Assembly (NCBI GenBank): GCA_963767005.1
Contig: CAVYCN010000019.1
Coordinates: 32,001 to 96,000 of the forward strand
Origin: an uncultured Actinomycetes bacterium
Lineage (GTDB): Bacteria > Actinomycetota > Thermoleophilia > UBA2241
Reading direction: 5' to 3'
Length of the DNA stretch: 64,000 nt
The translations under genes and the position numbers were made by a program. The notes below the pieces were generated by a model. The model did not search any database. It was not told the origin of the DNA and saw only the letters and a list, made by a program, of their open reading frames with translations. Positions 1-9,308 of this stretch are shown in pieces (position 1 is the first letter of the stretch; each line of letters starts with the position of its first letter).

Positions 1-173
1 TCGTAGGCGCCGACGAGCAGGGAGACCTCGCCGGGCAGCGGCGAACCGAAGCTCTCGGCCGCGATCAGCGCGAAGAGGATGACGAGACCGTGCCGGCCGA
101 CCTGGTCGGCCACCTCGCGCAGCACGCCGTGCAGCGCGGCCGCGACGAAGGCGTGGGCCAGGAGCGCCGTCAT
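1..173 (-). CDS. DedA/SNARE-associated membrane protein, 5' part (runs off the window start)
   Basis: Manual translation from ATG at 173 gives MTALLAHAFVAAALHGVLREVADQVGRHGLVILFALIAAESFGSPLPGEVSLLVGAY; the E-x-x-G-x-P-L-P-G-E motif is typical of DedA. Confidence 0.75.
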   Translation of the reverse strand, partial: MTALLAHAFVAAALHGVLREVADQVGRHGLVILFALIAAESFGSPLPGEVSLLVGAY

Positions 174-311
174 GCGGCGCCCCGGCGGGCGGACGGGCAG
201 ACCACTGAGCTGCTCATGGTCCCATTCTGCCCGTTCCCGAACGGGCGCGCTGGGGGCGCGGGCGGGCGGGGCTGTGCAGCCCCGCCCGCCCGCGCCCCCG
301 CGGCCCGTCGC

Positions 312-3086
312 CTACCGCAGCTGGCGCAGCAGCAGCGCGCGACCGAGCGGTCCGAGCAGCGGGCCGACCCGACCTGCCGCCAGGCGGGTGAACGGACCGT
401 CGTGGCGCGGCGCGAAGTTGCCGGGCAACCCCGCCGGCCACCACGGATACGTCACCGCCGGCGCCCCGCCGCGCACCACGTGCAGCACGCCGCGCGCCAC
501 CTTCTGCTGCGGGTTGCCGGCCAGGTCGGTGGCGCGTACCACCACGTGATAGCTCCCCGGCTTCAGCGTGCAGCGGAACTTGAGCCAGAAGTACGACGGC
601 GTCGAACCCGTCGACCAGTCGCCGGGCCGCTCGACGAAGCGCTTCGCGACCCGTCCGCGGGAGTTCACGATCGTGATCACGGCCTTCGCCACGCCGCTCG
701 TATGGTCGGTCGCCTTGAAGCGCAGGATCCCCCAGCCGCCGCTGTCGACCGGCTTGTCGGCCGGCGCGCCGCAGACCGGCCCGAGCGTGTCGATCCCCAC
801 GTTCACGCTCTCGGTCTGCTCGACGTTGCCCGCCAGATCCGAGGAGCGGTAGAGCACCGTGTGCAGGCCGTCGTCGGCGTGACTGGCCGGCGCCTGCAGC
901 TCGACGCTGTCTCCGGGCGTCCAGGTGCCGCCGTCGACGCTGGACTGGGTGAGGTCCAGGCCGGATCCCCCCGTGTCGCTCGCGGTGAAGGGAATCGTCA
1001 CCGCGCCGCGATGCCAGCGCGGCAGCGCCGCCGGCCCCTGGATCAGGGTGACCGGGGCGGCCGTGTCGGCGTCCGGCGCGTCGACGGACGAGACCAGCGA
1101 GTCGTAGCCGAACGCCCAGACGTGCTGCGCGTCGGCGGCGACGATCGCATTGACGTCGCCGGCGCCGGCCACCTGCTGCCAGTCGGCGCCGCCGTCGGTC
1201 GTCCCGTACACACCCTCGGCGGCCCCGACCCAGCCGTGCTGGGAGTCGCTGAAGCACACGCTCTGGGCGTAGACGTCGGAGAGCCCGGGCACCGTCGCCC
1301 AGGTGGCGCCGCCGTCGGTCGTGCTCACGACGGTGTCGGTCTCCTCGTACTCGTATGCCGAGATGCGCGTGTAGGCGGCCGTGACCGCCCAGCCATCGTC
1401 GGGGTCGGCGAACGAGAGGCTCCTCATCGTCCCCTGTTCGCCACTGCTCAGGGGTATGGTCGCCCTGATCCAGCTCTGACCGCCGTCTGTCGTACGGAAG
1501 ACCGCCGGGACCTCTGAGCCGTTGCCGTTGGGCACGTAGCCGCCGGCGACGCAGCCGACATCGTCGCTCGAGAAGTCGAGGCTCGTGAGAAGGACCATGT
1601 TGGCGACGTACTGGGGCACCCAGGTCGCTCCCGCGTTCGTCGTGCGCTCGATCGCGTCGTTCGAACCCGACCCCATGCCCGGCTCGGCACTCACCGCCCA
1701 GCCGTGCGTCGCGTCGACGAACTGCACGGCCTGGAGCGGGCCGCTGAGCTGTGAGGCCTGCGGCGACCACGTCGTGCCGCCGTCGCTCGTGTGAAGGATG
1801 ATGCCGTCCATGCTGGAGTCTTCTCCGACGACCCAGCCGTCGCTCGCGTCGGAGAAGCTCACGCCGGACAGGGCGTTCAACCAGCGCCGCACCGGGCTGG
1901 CCGGGTCGGACGGTTCGGACCAGCGCGCCCCGTCGGTCGAGTGCAGCAGGGCGCCGGCACCGTCGACCGCCCAGACGTCGGTCGCCGACACCGCGTCGGC
2001 GCCCACGAACTGATAGTCCTGGCCCGACGAGGCCGCGCGCCACGTTGCGCCCCCGTCGGCCGACGTCAGGATGCCGTCGCCGACGCAGCAGACCGCGTCA
2101 CCGCGCACGGCCACCGCCCAGAGTCCGAGGGGCGCGGCGACCTGCGACTCCTGCCAGCGCGTGCCGGTGTCGCTCGTGCGCAGGAACAGCGTCGTCTGGT
2201 TTTCTGCCTCGTACACCGGGTCCTCGTCGGCTCCGAGGGGTTCGCTCGCGTCGTAGCTGAGCAGCATGGCGCTCGCCCGGCCCCCGACGGCCACGTCGCT
2301 CGCCTGAGAGCTCGCCTGCGGAACGGCGCGCCAGCGCAGGCCGCCGTCGCTCGTGACCCGCAGGGCGGTCGAGTCCCAGTCGTCGACCTCGGCAAAGGCC
2401 CAGCCATGGAGCCGGTCGACGAAGACGAGCTTCTCGACCTGCGCGCCACTCGCGAAGCCGGTGGTCTCGGCTGTCCAGCTCGTCCCGCCGTTCGTCGTAC
2501 GCCAGACGCGGCCTTTCGTGCCGCCGACCCAGCCGTGGGTGGCGTCGAGGAGGTCGACAGCCGTGTCACCCTTGTACGTGCCGATCTTGACGGTCTTCCA
2601 GGTGAGGCCGCCGTCGGTGGTCGACAGGACCGCGCCGCTGCCGGTGCCGACCCAGCCGTCCGTGTCCGTCGCGAAGCTGACGTTCATGAGCGTGGCGGCC
2701 GACCCCGCCGGCGTGCGGTCGACCCACGTGCCGCCGTCGGTCGTCGCCACGATCGCGCCCGAACCGTCGGCCGAGCCGCCACAGGCCCAGCCGTGCTCGG
2801 CGTCGGTGAAACACACCGACCACAGGTCGGCGTCGGTGCCGCTCGACGTGCCGGCCCACGACGTGCCGGCGTCGGTGCTGTGGAGGATGGCACCGCCACT
2901 CCCCACAGCCCAGACGTCGGTCGCCGTGGCGAAGGTGACCGCGCTCAGGTCGCCCGCCGGCTGCGGCATCTGCCAGACCCAGCCGTGCTGGCCGTCGGGC
3001 ACGAGTGCCGCGGCCGGCGTCGCGAGCGCGAGCGCGCCGCCGATCGTCGCGATCACGCAGAAGGCAAATGCGCGCCAGCGTGCCAT
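312..3086 (-). CDS. Secreted YCF48/BNR (Asp-box) beta-propeller protein with two C-terminal Ig-like domains
   Basis: Signal peptide (MARWRAF...AAALVP) and many T-x-D-G-G-x-T-W repeats with alternating F-x-D-x-x-H-G-W-A-V. Followed by a DTAAPVT...DGLHTVLYRSSDLAGNVE Ig module and a basic terminal Ig module. Confidence 0.85.
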   Translation of the reverse strand: MARWRAFAFCVIATIGGALALATPAAALVPDGQHGWVWQMPQPAGDLSAVTFATATDVWAVGSGGAILHSTDAGTSWAGTSSGTDADLWSVCFTDAEHGWACGGSADGSGAIVATTDGGTWVDRTPAGSAATLMNVSFATDTDGWVGTGSGAVLSTTDGGLTWKTVKIGTYKGDTAVDLLDATHGWVGGTKGRVWRTTNGGTSWTAETTGFASGAQVEKLVFVDRLHGWAFAEVDDWDSTALRVTSDGGLRWRAVPQASSQASDVAVGGRASAMLLSYDASEPLGADEDPVYEAENQTTLFLRTSDTGTRWQESQVAAPLGLWAVAVRGDAVCCVGDGILTSADGGATWRAASSGQDYQFVGADAVSATDVWAVDGAGALLHSTDGARWSEPSDPASPVRRWLNALSGVSFSDASDGWVVGEDSSMDGIILHTSDGGTTWSPQASQLSGPLQAVQFVDATHGWAVSAEPGMGSGSNDAIERTTNAGATWVPQYVANMVLLTSLDFSSDDVGCVAGGYVPNGNGSEVPAVFRTTDGGQSWIRATIPLSSGEQGTMRSLSFADPDDGWAVTAAYTRISAYEYEETDTVVSTTDGGATWATVPGLSDVYAQSVCFSDSQHGWVGAAEGVYGTTDGGADWQQVAGAGDVNAIVAADAQHVWAFGYDSLVSSVDAPDADTAAPVTLIQGPAALPRWHRGAVTIPFTASDTGGSGLDLTQSSVDGGTWTPGDSVELQAPASHADDGLHTVLYRSSDLAGNVEQTESVNVGIDTLGPVCGAPADKPVDSGGWGILRFKATDHTSGVAKAVITIVNSRGRVAKRFVERPGDWSTGSTPSYFWLKFRCTLKPGSYHVVVRATDLAGNPQQKVARGVLHVVRGGAPAVTYPWWPAGLPGNFAPRHDGPFTRLAAGRVGPLLGPLGRALLLRQLR

Positions 3087-3227
3087 GAGCTCCCCCCAGA
3101 CGTCGCCTGTTTCCTAGGGGAAGCATACGACTCCTGTAAAGAGGTCGACAGCGGGACCGGACGGAACGACCGTCGCCGCAAGTGGACGATCACGCGGCGG
3201 GCGTGCGATGCGCGCCGCGAGCGCCGG

Positions 3228-3893
3228 TCAGCGCGCGATGCGCGAGCGCCCGTGCAGGTCGCGCCAGCGGCGTCCGGCGGAGCGCAGGCGGAAGGCGCCG
3301 CCGATCATGACCGCCCCCCAGACGACGCCGCAGAGCCCCACGACGACGCCGATCAGCGTGATGGTGGCCCCCGGCCAAGCGATCATGACGGCGCCGGCGA
3401 CGATCAGCGCGATACCCATGACGACGTCGTGCGTGCGCGTCTCGTAGGGCCGGCCGAACGCCGCCGCCGCGCGCACGATGCCCCAGACGAGCACCGTCAC
3501 ACCCGCGATGACGGCCAGCACGGTGAGGGTCTCGCCGGGCCAGGCGAGCAGCACGATCCCGCCGATGAGCGCGACCGCGGCGCCCAGCAGGTGCGAGCGC
3601 GGCGCGCCGCCGCGCCGCATGGTAAGGAGCTGGGCGACGCCGATGAAGAGCAGGAAGAGGCCCGTGAGCCAGACCAGCGCGCCGAGGCTGCCGAAGGCGT
3701 GGCTGAGCACGACGATGCCGAAGACGACGGCGATCACCCCGAGGGCGAGCAGCCAGGTCCAGTTGTGCGCCGCCCAGCCGCCCTGGCGGTCGAACAGACG
3801 CTCGCTGCGATCCCCGACGACGTCGCCGCGGTACACGAAGGTGTGCTCGTCGTCGCGCGGCGGTGAGCCCGTCTCGCCTCGCCTGTCGTCCAT
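3228..3893 (-). CDS. HdeD/DUF308 family membrane protein
   Basis: NWTWLLALGVIAVVFGIVVL, repeated G-x-x-L-x-x-W-P-G-x-T helical hairpins, about 6 TM segments; GGAGG RBS upstream. Confidence 0.8.
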   Translation of the reverse strand: MDDRRGETGSPPRDDEHTFVYRGDVVGDRSERLFDRQGGWAAHNWTWLLALGVIAVVFGIVVLSHAFGSLGALVWLTGLFLLFIGVAQLLTMRRGGAPRSHLLGAAVALIGGIVLLAWPGETLTVLAVIAGVTVLVWGIVRAAAAFGRPYETRTHDVVMGIALIVAGAVMIAWPGATITLIGVVVGLCGVVWGAVMIGGAFRLRSAGRRWRDLHGRSRIAR

Positions 3894-3964
3894 GTCTTGC
3901 TACCTCCCGTTCGCTCGCCCCTGCGCGACCCGCGTCGTGCGGCGGGACGGCCCCCGTCGGGGTG

Positions 3965-3970
3965 ATACCC
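3965..3970 (-). promoter_or_regulatory. Putative SigB/SigF-type -10 element (GGGTAT) upstream of the HdeD-like gene
   Basis: GGGTAT about 70 nt upstream of the start; the same hexamer lies upstream of ku. The -35 is poorly defined. Confidence 0.3.
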
Positions 3971-4039
3971 GCCGCGCCGCCCGCGCCCACCGGCTCCGTG
4001 TCGACCACCGGACAACGGCGGCTCGCGGAGCGCCGGGTC

Positions 4040-4477
4040 TCAGGACGAAGCCCTGTCGCTCGTCAGCGTCTGGAGCTCGTTCGTCATCTTGTGGATGGCG
4101 GTCGTGAGCTCGAGGATCTGGTTGGAGAGCCCGATGATCTTCTCGTTCTGCTGCTCTTCGGTCTGGACCGTCTGCCACTGCGCGTCGGCCAGCACCTGAC
4201 GTCGCGCGTCGGCCCGGTTCTGGCTGATCATGACGAAGGTCGACAGGAAGATGGCTTCGAGCGAGACGATCATCGTCAAGAGACCAAAGGGGTACTTCTC
4301 GACCCTGAAGACGATCCAGATGAAGAACCACACCATGTGGACGTAGACGAAGGTCATCGACCCGGCGAAGGTCGTGATCGCGTCGGCGACCCTCGACTGC
4401 ACATGCTGGAGGCGCTCCTCCTCGTGCTTCAGGAGCGCGGGGTGGACGCCCAGGGCCGTCTTCCCGTCGGTTGCCAT
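4040..4477 (-). CDS. DUF1003 membrane protein
   Basis: ADAITTFAGSMTFV...YPFGLLTMIVSLEAIFLSTFVMISQNR is the DUF1003 signature; AAAGGAG RBS. Confidence 0.9.
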   Translation of the reverse strand: MATDGKTALGVHPALLKHEEERLQHVQSRVADAITTFAGSMTFVYVHMVWFFIWIVFRVEKYPFGLLTMIVSLEAIFLSTFVMISQNRADARRQVLADAQWQTVQTEEQQNEKIIGLSNQILELTTAIHKMTNELQTLTSDRASS

Positions 4478-4505
4478 CGGTCTCCTTTCGGTGCCGTTCA
4501 GTTCG

Positions 4506-4619
4506 GCCGAGCGACTGCATCGTCGGCGCTCAGGCGGGCGTGGCTTCGTGGTGCGCCTGGTGCCGCCGAGCGACTTCGTCGTCGGCGCTCAGGCGGGCGT
4601 GGCTTCGTGGTGCGCCTAG
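4506..4619. repeat. Tandem pair (59-bp period) of a dispersed double-hairpin repeat
   Basis: GCCGAGCGACT(G/T)C(A/G)TCGTCGGCGCTCAGGCGGGCGTGGCTTCGTGGTGCGCCT(G/A)G at 4506 and 4565; related copies at 9309, 18821, 50183 and 50244. Confidence 0.85.
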
Positions 4620-5056
4620 TCCGTGAGGCCGGCGACCCTGGTACGGCGCCGCGAGAAGCCCTTCACCATGCGCACGAGCGTGCCGCTGCCCTGTTTGCGC
4701 GAGCGCACCTCGACATCATCCATGAGGTGGTGGATGAGGAACAAGCCGCGACCGTGCGTCGCCAGGGGGTCGGGGACGGCCTTGACGTCGATCGAGCGCG
4801 GGTCGAAGCCGCAGCCGCGGTCACGGATCTCGACGACCACGCGGCCGGCACCGACCTCGGCGCGCACGTCGACGAGGCCGGCGACGTCGCCGCTGTGCAT
4901 GAATGCGTTGATGAACGCTTCGTCGGCGGCGAGAAGGACCTCGCGGGCGGCCCTGGCGGGCACGCCGTTCTCGGACAGCAGGCCGGCGATCGAGCTTCGC
5001 ATGCGCTTGGCCGCGACGCGCGTGAGCGGCAGGCGCAGGCGCAGGGCGTCACTCAC
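4616..5056 (-). CDS. RsbW-like anti-sigma factor / Ser-Thr kinase (HATPase_c_2)
   Basis: EVLLAADEAFINAFMHS (N box), IRDRGCGFDP (G1), HGRGLFLIHHLMDDV and GTLVRMVK. GTG start at 5056 preferred. Confidence 0.88.
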   Translation of the reverse strand: MSDALRLRLPLTRVAAKRMRSSIAGLLSENGVPARAAREVLLAADEAFINAFMHSGDVAGLVDVRAEVGAGRVVVEIRDRGCGFDPRSIDVKAVPDPLATHGRGLFLIHHLMDDVEVRSRKQGSGTLVRMVKGFSRRRTRVAGLTD

Positions 5057-5189
5057 GTCTGTTCGTCTCCGTTCATGGCTGTGCCGGGCCCTCGCGCCCT
5101 CGATCCCCATGCCTTGTCCTCGTCTCTGGCGTGCTGTTCGACCGACCGCCGCGTTCTCCTGCCGGGGCCGCCGTGGCGGCCGGCGGCAC

Positions 5190-5228
5190 TCTCAGGAGAC
5201 TCAAAGGAAGCCCTCAGAGGCTGCCAAG
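5190..5228 (+). promoter_or_regulatory. MprA-like direct hexamer repeats upstream of htrA
   Basis: TCTCAG-N5-TCAAAG-N5-CCTCAG-N5-GCCAAG with an 11-bp period, about 105 nt upstream of the htrA start. Confidence 0.5.
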
Positions 5229-5332
5229 CCCGGCTGGTTACAACTGTCCCGAGCGCAGGGCTCCCGCGGGCGGCGCGGTTCACGGTCCGCCGGGGAAGAT
5301 TGTGGGTGAGCAGCGATCATTGTGGAGGCACG

Positions 5333-6673
5333 ATGTCCGATCCGATCCCGCCGGGTGAGCCCGTGGAGGCCCGGAACACAGACCGAGCAGGCGACGTTCA
5401 CGCCGCCCCCAACACGGCCTGGAGCCTGCCCGAGGGCGGCTGGCCGGGCGCCGGCGGCGCCTGGACACCTCCGCCTGCCGGCGGGGCGGCCGGCCCCACG
5501 GGCCGGCCGCCCCGCCGGCGTCACCTCTTCGCCAGGTTCACGGCGGCGGCCGCCCTTGTCGCCATCGCCGCGTTCCTCGGCGTCGCCATCAGCCAGGGCT
5601 TCTGGCAGTCGAGTCAGGTCACGTCGATCCGCAGCCCGGCCGCGAACGGCACGAACGGTGCGAGCACCGGCGGCGCGTCGCGCTCGACGAGCTCGGCGAC
5701 GGCGGGCCGCGCGCTCTCGGGCAAGGCGGCGATCGCCGCGCGCGTCGACCCCGCCCTCGTCGACATCAACGTGGCGCTCGGCTATCAGGGCGGACGGGCG
5801 GCCGCGACGGGCATCGTGCTCACGTCGTCGGGCCTGGTGCTGACCAACAACCACGTCGTCTCCGGCGCGACCGCGATCAGCGCGACCGACGTCGGTAACG
5901 GTCGTTCCTACACGGCCACCGTGGTCGGCTACGATCGCACCCACGACATCGCCGTGATCCAGCTCAAGGACGCCTCGGGCCTGACGACGGCCACCCTGGG
6001 CGACTCGTCTGCGGTCGCGGTGGGCGAGGCGGTCGTGGCGATCGGCAACGCCGGCGGCACGGGCGGCACCCCGAGCGCGGCGGCCGGCAGCATCGTGGCC
6101 GTCGATCAGCAGATCGTGGCAAGCGACGAGACCAGCGCCTCGTCGGAGCAGCTCACCGGCCTGTTCCAGACCAACGCCGCGATCCAGCCCGGCGACTCGG
6201 GCGGTCCGCTCGTCGACTCGAGCGGCCGCGTGGTCGGCATCGACACGGCGGCCTCGAGCCAGTACTCGTTCCAGTCGACGCAGACCCAGGGCTTCGCCGT
6301 GCCGATCGACACGGCCACGCAGATCGTGGCTCAGATCGAGGGCGGCCAGTCGTCGGCGTCCATCCACATCGGCGCGACCGCGTTCCTCGGCGTGCAGCTC
6401 ACGTCGACGGACCAGGGCTTCGGCGGCGCCGGCGGCCAGTCGAGCGGCGCCGTCGTGGTCGGCGTGCTGTCGGGCTCACCGGCATCGCAGGCGGGCCTGA
6501 CCGGCGGCGACACCATCGTGACGCTCGACGGCCAGACGGTGAGCTCGCCCACGGCGCTCAGCAGCCTGCTCGGCACGTACCACCCCGGCGACAAGGTCAC
6601 CCTCGGCTGGGTCGACCAGGCCGGCGGCCAGCACTCGACCACAGTGCAGCTCGCCACGGGGCCGGCTGCCTAG
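5333..6673 (+). CDS. htrA: HtrA/PepD-like membrane-anchored serine protease with PDZ domain
   Basis: One TM segment; catalytic motifs LTNNHVV, DIAV and AIQPGDSGGPL; C-terminal PDZ (AFLGV...SPASQAGL..GD.I). ATG at 5333 with GGAGG RBS. The longer ORF from 3863 is an upstream extension. Confidence 0.92.
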   Translation: MSDPIPPGEPVEARNTDRAGDVHAAPNTAWSLPEGGWPGAGGAWTPPPAGGAAGPTGRPPRRRHLFARFTAAAALVAIAAFLGVAISQGFWQSSQVTSIRSPAANGTNGASTGGASRSTSSATAGRALSGKAAIAARVDPALVDINVALGYQGGRAAATGIVLTSSGLVLTNNHVVSGATAISATDVGNGRSYTATVVGYDRTHDIAVIQLKDASGLTTATLGDSSAVAVGEAVVAIGNAGGTGGTPSAAAGSIVAVDQQIVASDETSASSEQLTGLFQTNAAIQPGDSGGPLVDSSGRVVGIDTAASSQYSFQSTQTQGFAVPIDTATQIVAQIEGGQSSASIHIGATAFLGVQLTSTDQGFGGAGGQSSGAVVVGVLSGSPASQAGLTGGDTIVTLDGQTVSSPTALSSLLGTYHPGDKVTLGWVDQAGGQHSTTVQLATGPAA

Positions 6674-6743
6674 ACCAGGGCGATCAGGCGCAGGCGCACG
6701 GATCGGCGCCGCGGCACGGCCGTGCCGCGGCGCCGATCCCGCG

Positions 6744-7964
6744 TCAGGACACGCAGACGAGCGTGCCGATCGGGTCGTACCGGTAGACCACGGCGGCCGG
6801 GCCGTAGGGCAGCTCGACGCAGCCCAGGCTCTGCGGCCAGCCGTAGGAGCCGCGGATGAAGCCGTGCACCGCGTCGCCGCCGTTGAAGTAGGCGACGTAG
6901 GGCACGCCCGGGTCGCTGTAGTGGCTGCCGTCGGGGTTGGTGCCGCTCATCGTGGTCGACAGGTAGCGGGCGTAGACCGGGAACGTGCCGTACGCGGTCG
7001 GTCGGACCGCGATGCCCGTGTTGCAGAGGCTGCGGTAGATGGTGCGGCCGTCGGACCACACCCGCAGCGTCTCGGGGATGGCCGTCGAGACTTCGAGGTA
7101 GCGATACGCGCGCCTGGTGGCCTTGTGGTGAGAGGCGTCCTTGAGCAGGTCGGTCCAGACCGCGCGGCCGGCGACGCTGTCGGTCGCCAGGTGGTGGTCG
7201 GCTTCGAACTCCATCACCGCCCCGCGGATCAGCACCGTCGACCGCCCGCGCTTCCAGATCGCCGACAGGGTCGTCGGGATGTGGCGGTAGCGCCACTTGA
7301 AGGTGCCGGACAGCGGCTTCAGCGAGACGAGGTCGAGCGCGGCGGGCTCCCGGCTGATCGCCGAGACGGTCCCGCTGCCCGTGCCCGACGGCACTGAGAA
7401 GCGCAGCGGCAGGTAGCCGACCTCGGCGAGGAGCTGCTGCAGGCGCAGCACGGACGACGGTCCGCCCACCGTGAACGAGGCCGTGCGGGTGGCGGCAAGC
7501 CGGCCGCCGTCGGCGGCGAGCACGCCCGCGGCCCCGCCGGGGATGGTGACGGTCACCTTCGCGTACACGGGCAGGTGGCCCGTCGTCACGAACTGCAGGG
7601 TCGAGCCGGCGACCTTCCAGGCGCCCGGCACGCGGGGCTTGAGACGCGGCAGCGGCGTGTCGGCGGCCAGCGCCCTCGAGAACTTGACCGTGATGCGACT
7701 CGAGAAGGCTACGTTCGCGGCCTTGTTCTTGGGCGTCACCGAGCCGAAGCGCAGCGGCGACGGCGTCGGAGTGGGCGACGGGCTCGTGCTGTCGGACGGG
7801 CTCGGGGAGGGGCTCACGCTGCCGGACGGGCCGGGGCTCGGGTCGGACGCGGTCGAGCCAAGGGCGGTGGCATGCGACGGTACGAGCGTGAGGAAGGCGA
7901 CCGCGAGCAGCACCGCTGCGACGGGCACGGCTACCAGGATCCAACCGGCGACGAGCTTCTTCAC
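6744..7964 (-). CDS. L,D-transpeptidase with Ig-like domain
   Basis: N-terminal anchor, PS/PT-rich linker, Ig-like domain and a YkuD-type catalytic motif AVHGFIRGSYGWPQSLGCVEL. Confidence 0.88.
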   Translation of the reverse strand: MKKLVAGWILVAVPVAAVLLAVAFLTLVPSHATALGSTASDPSPGPSGSVSPSPSPSDSTSPSPTPTPSPLRFGSVTPKNKAANVAFSSRITVKFSRALAADTPLPRLKPRVPGAWKVAGSTLQFVTTGHLPVYAKVTVTIPGGAAGVLAADGGRLAATRTASFTVGGPSSVLRLQQLLAEVGYLPLRFSVPSGTGSGTVSAISREPAALDLVSLKPLSGTFKWRYRHIPTTLSAIWKRGRSTVLIRGAVMEFEADHHLATDSVAGRAVWTDLLKDASHHKATRRAYRYLEVSTAIPETLRVWSDGRTIYRSLCNTGIAVRPTAYGTFPVYARYLSTTMSGTNPDGSHYSDPGVPYVAYFNGGDAVHGFIRGSYGWPQSLGCVELPYGPAAVVYRYDPIGTLVCVS

Positions 7965-8199
7965 GCGAGCATCCTCCGCTCCTCGGACCCGCGGCGCGGG
8001 TCGCCTTCGCGCGACGCGCCGGCAGCTCCGCGGCGGCGCTCACGAACTTCCCCTTCAGTGTAATCGTAGGAGGGGGTTCGCGAAACCATGGCGAGCGCGG
8101 TCCGCGCGAGGGCGGGTGGCGTGAGCGGAGGTCTGAGCGCGGCGGGCGTCGGCCGGAGCACGCACCCGCAGGCGGGTGGCCGTCAGCGGCGGGCGACGC

Positions 8200-9231
8200 T
8201 CACAGCGGGTCCATGACGACGGCGTCGGCGCGGCAGCCGGTCGCGCACACGCCGCACCCGCGGCAGAGCGCGGGATCGACAGCCGGCGGCGCCGTATCGC
8301 CCCGGGGCGGCCGCCCCGCGCGGACGATCGCGTCGAACGGACAGCGCGCCACACAGCGGTTGCAGCCGTCGCACGAGCCCGTGTCGATGCGTGCCACGTA
8401 ACGCGTCAGCGGCCACAGCTTGACGGCGTCGAGGCGCTTGCCGGCGAGCTGCGGGAAGCAGCAGTCGGAGCAGCAGGTGCAGATACCGCGCATGGCGCTG
8501 CCCGGCAGGCCGCCGGTGTGCATGAGGCCGAGGCGGCTGTGCTCGCGGGCGTTCTCGACGGCGCGCTCCACCGAGATCTCCCAGCCGAGATCGTGCCAGT
8601 GGCCGTGCGGACCCTCGAAGCGCAGGCAGTTGAGCGTCGGCTTGCGGCAGCGGCCCATGATCGTGCGGCAGTCGCACGGATACAGGTAGATGTGCTCCTG
8701 AGCGCGCAGGATATCCTCGACCTCGTCGAGCAGCAGATAGGTCATGTTCTCGATCGGCTCGACCGGCAGCCCCGCCTTGGCGGCGTCGACGAACGGGCGG
8801 GCGTGCTCGACGTAGTAGGCAAGCTCCCACTCGCGCAACCGCTCGCGGACGTCGTCGGGCAGGTCGAGCCAGCCCTCGAAGAAGGTCCACACCACGAAGC
8901 GGTCGTGGAACGAGGCGACCCGGTAACGCCTGCGAGGGGCCCGCTCGACCACCGCTCGCCGGTAGGCCCGCTCGAGGAACGCCCGCACTTCGGCGGGCGC
9001 GGCCGCCGGCGCGAGCCGCCGGCGCAGCGCGACCACGCCGAGCGGTCCGCCGGCGAGCGCCGCGACCAGAGTGGCCTCGGCGGGCTCGTAGAAGCGGTCG
9101 AGGAACGGCAGGACGAAGTCGGGGACGCCCGCCACGCGGGCGACGAGCTCGAGCGGCGCCGTCGCGGCGCCGGGGATGGTCGATGTCCCCGGCACGACGG
9201 GCTGCTGTCGACCAGTGTCGGGGGGCTTCAT
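8200..9231 (-). CDS. 4Fe-4S dicluster ferredoxin-domain protein
   Basis: Cys motifs CDCR..C..C, ICTCCSDCC, CDGCNRCVARCP and CRGCGVCATGC. Start uncertain. Confidence 0.8.
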   Translation of the reverse strand: MKPPDTGRQQPVVPGTSTIPGAATAPLELVARVAGVPDFVLPFLDRFYEPAEATLVAALAGGPLGVVALRRRLAPAAAPAEVRAFLERAYRRAVVERAPRRRYRVASFHDRFVVWTFFEGWLDLPDDVRERLREWELAYYVEHARPFVDAAKAGLPVEPIENMTYLLLDEVEDILRAQEHIYLYPCDCRTIMGRCRKPTLNCLRFEGPHGHWHDLGWEISVERAVENAREHSRLGLMHTGGLPGSAMRGICTCCSDCCFPQLAGKRLDAVKLWPLTRYVARIDTGSCDGCNRCVARCPFDAIVRAGRPPRGDTAPPAVDPALCRGCGVCATGCRADAVVMDPL

Positions 9232-9308
9232 CGCCACGGGAGCATCATGCCTATTGTAGCGAACCGTCGCCGGCGGCGCCGCCCCGGGCGAGGCCGGCCT
9301 GACGGTTC

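Noticed and set aside
4506-4619. Tandem palindromic repeats (also 50152-50270) as a mini-CRISPR array
   Set aside because: Only two units per locus, no unique spacers of CRISPR length and no cas genes.
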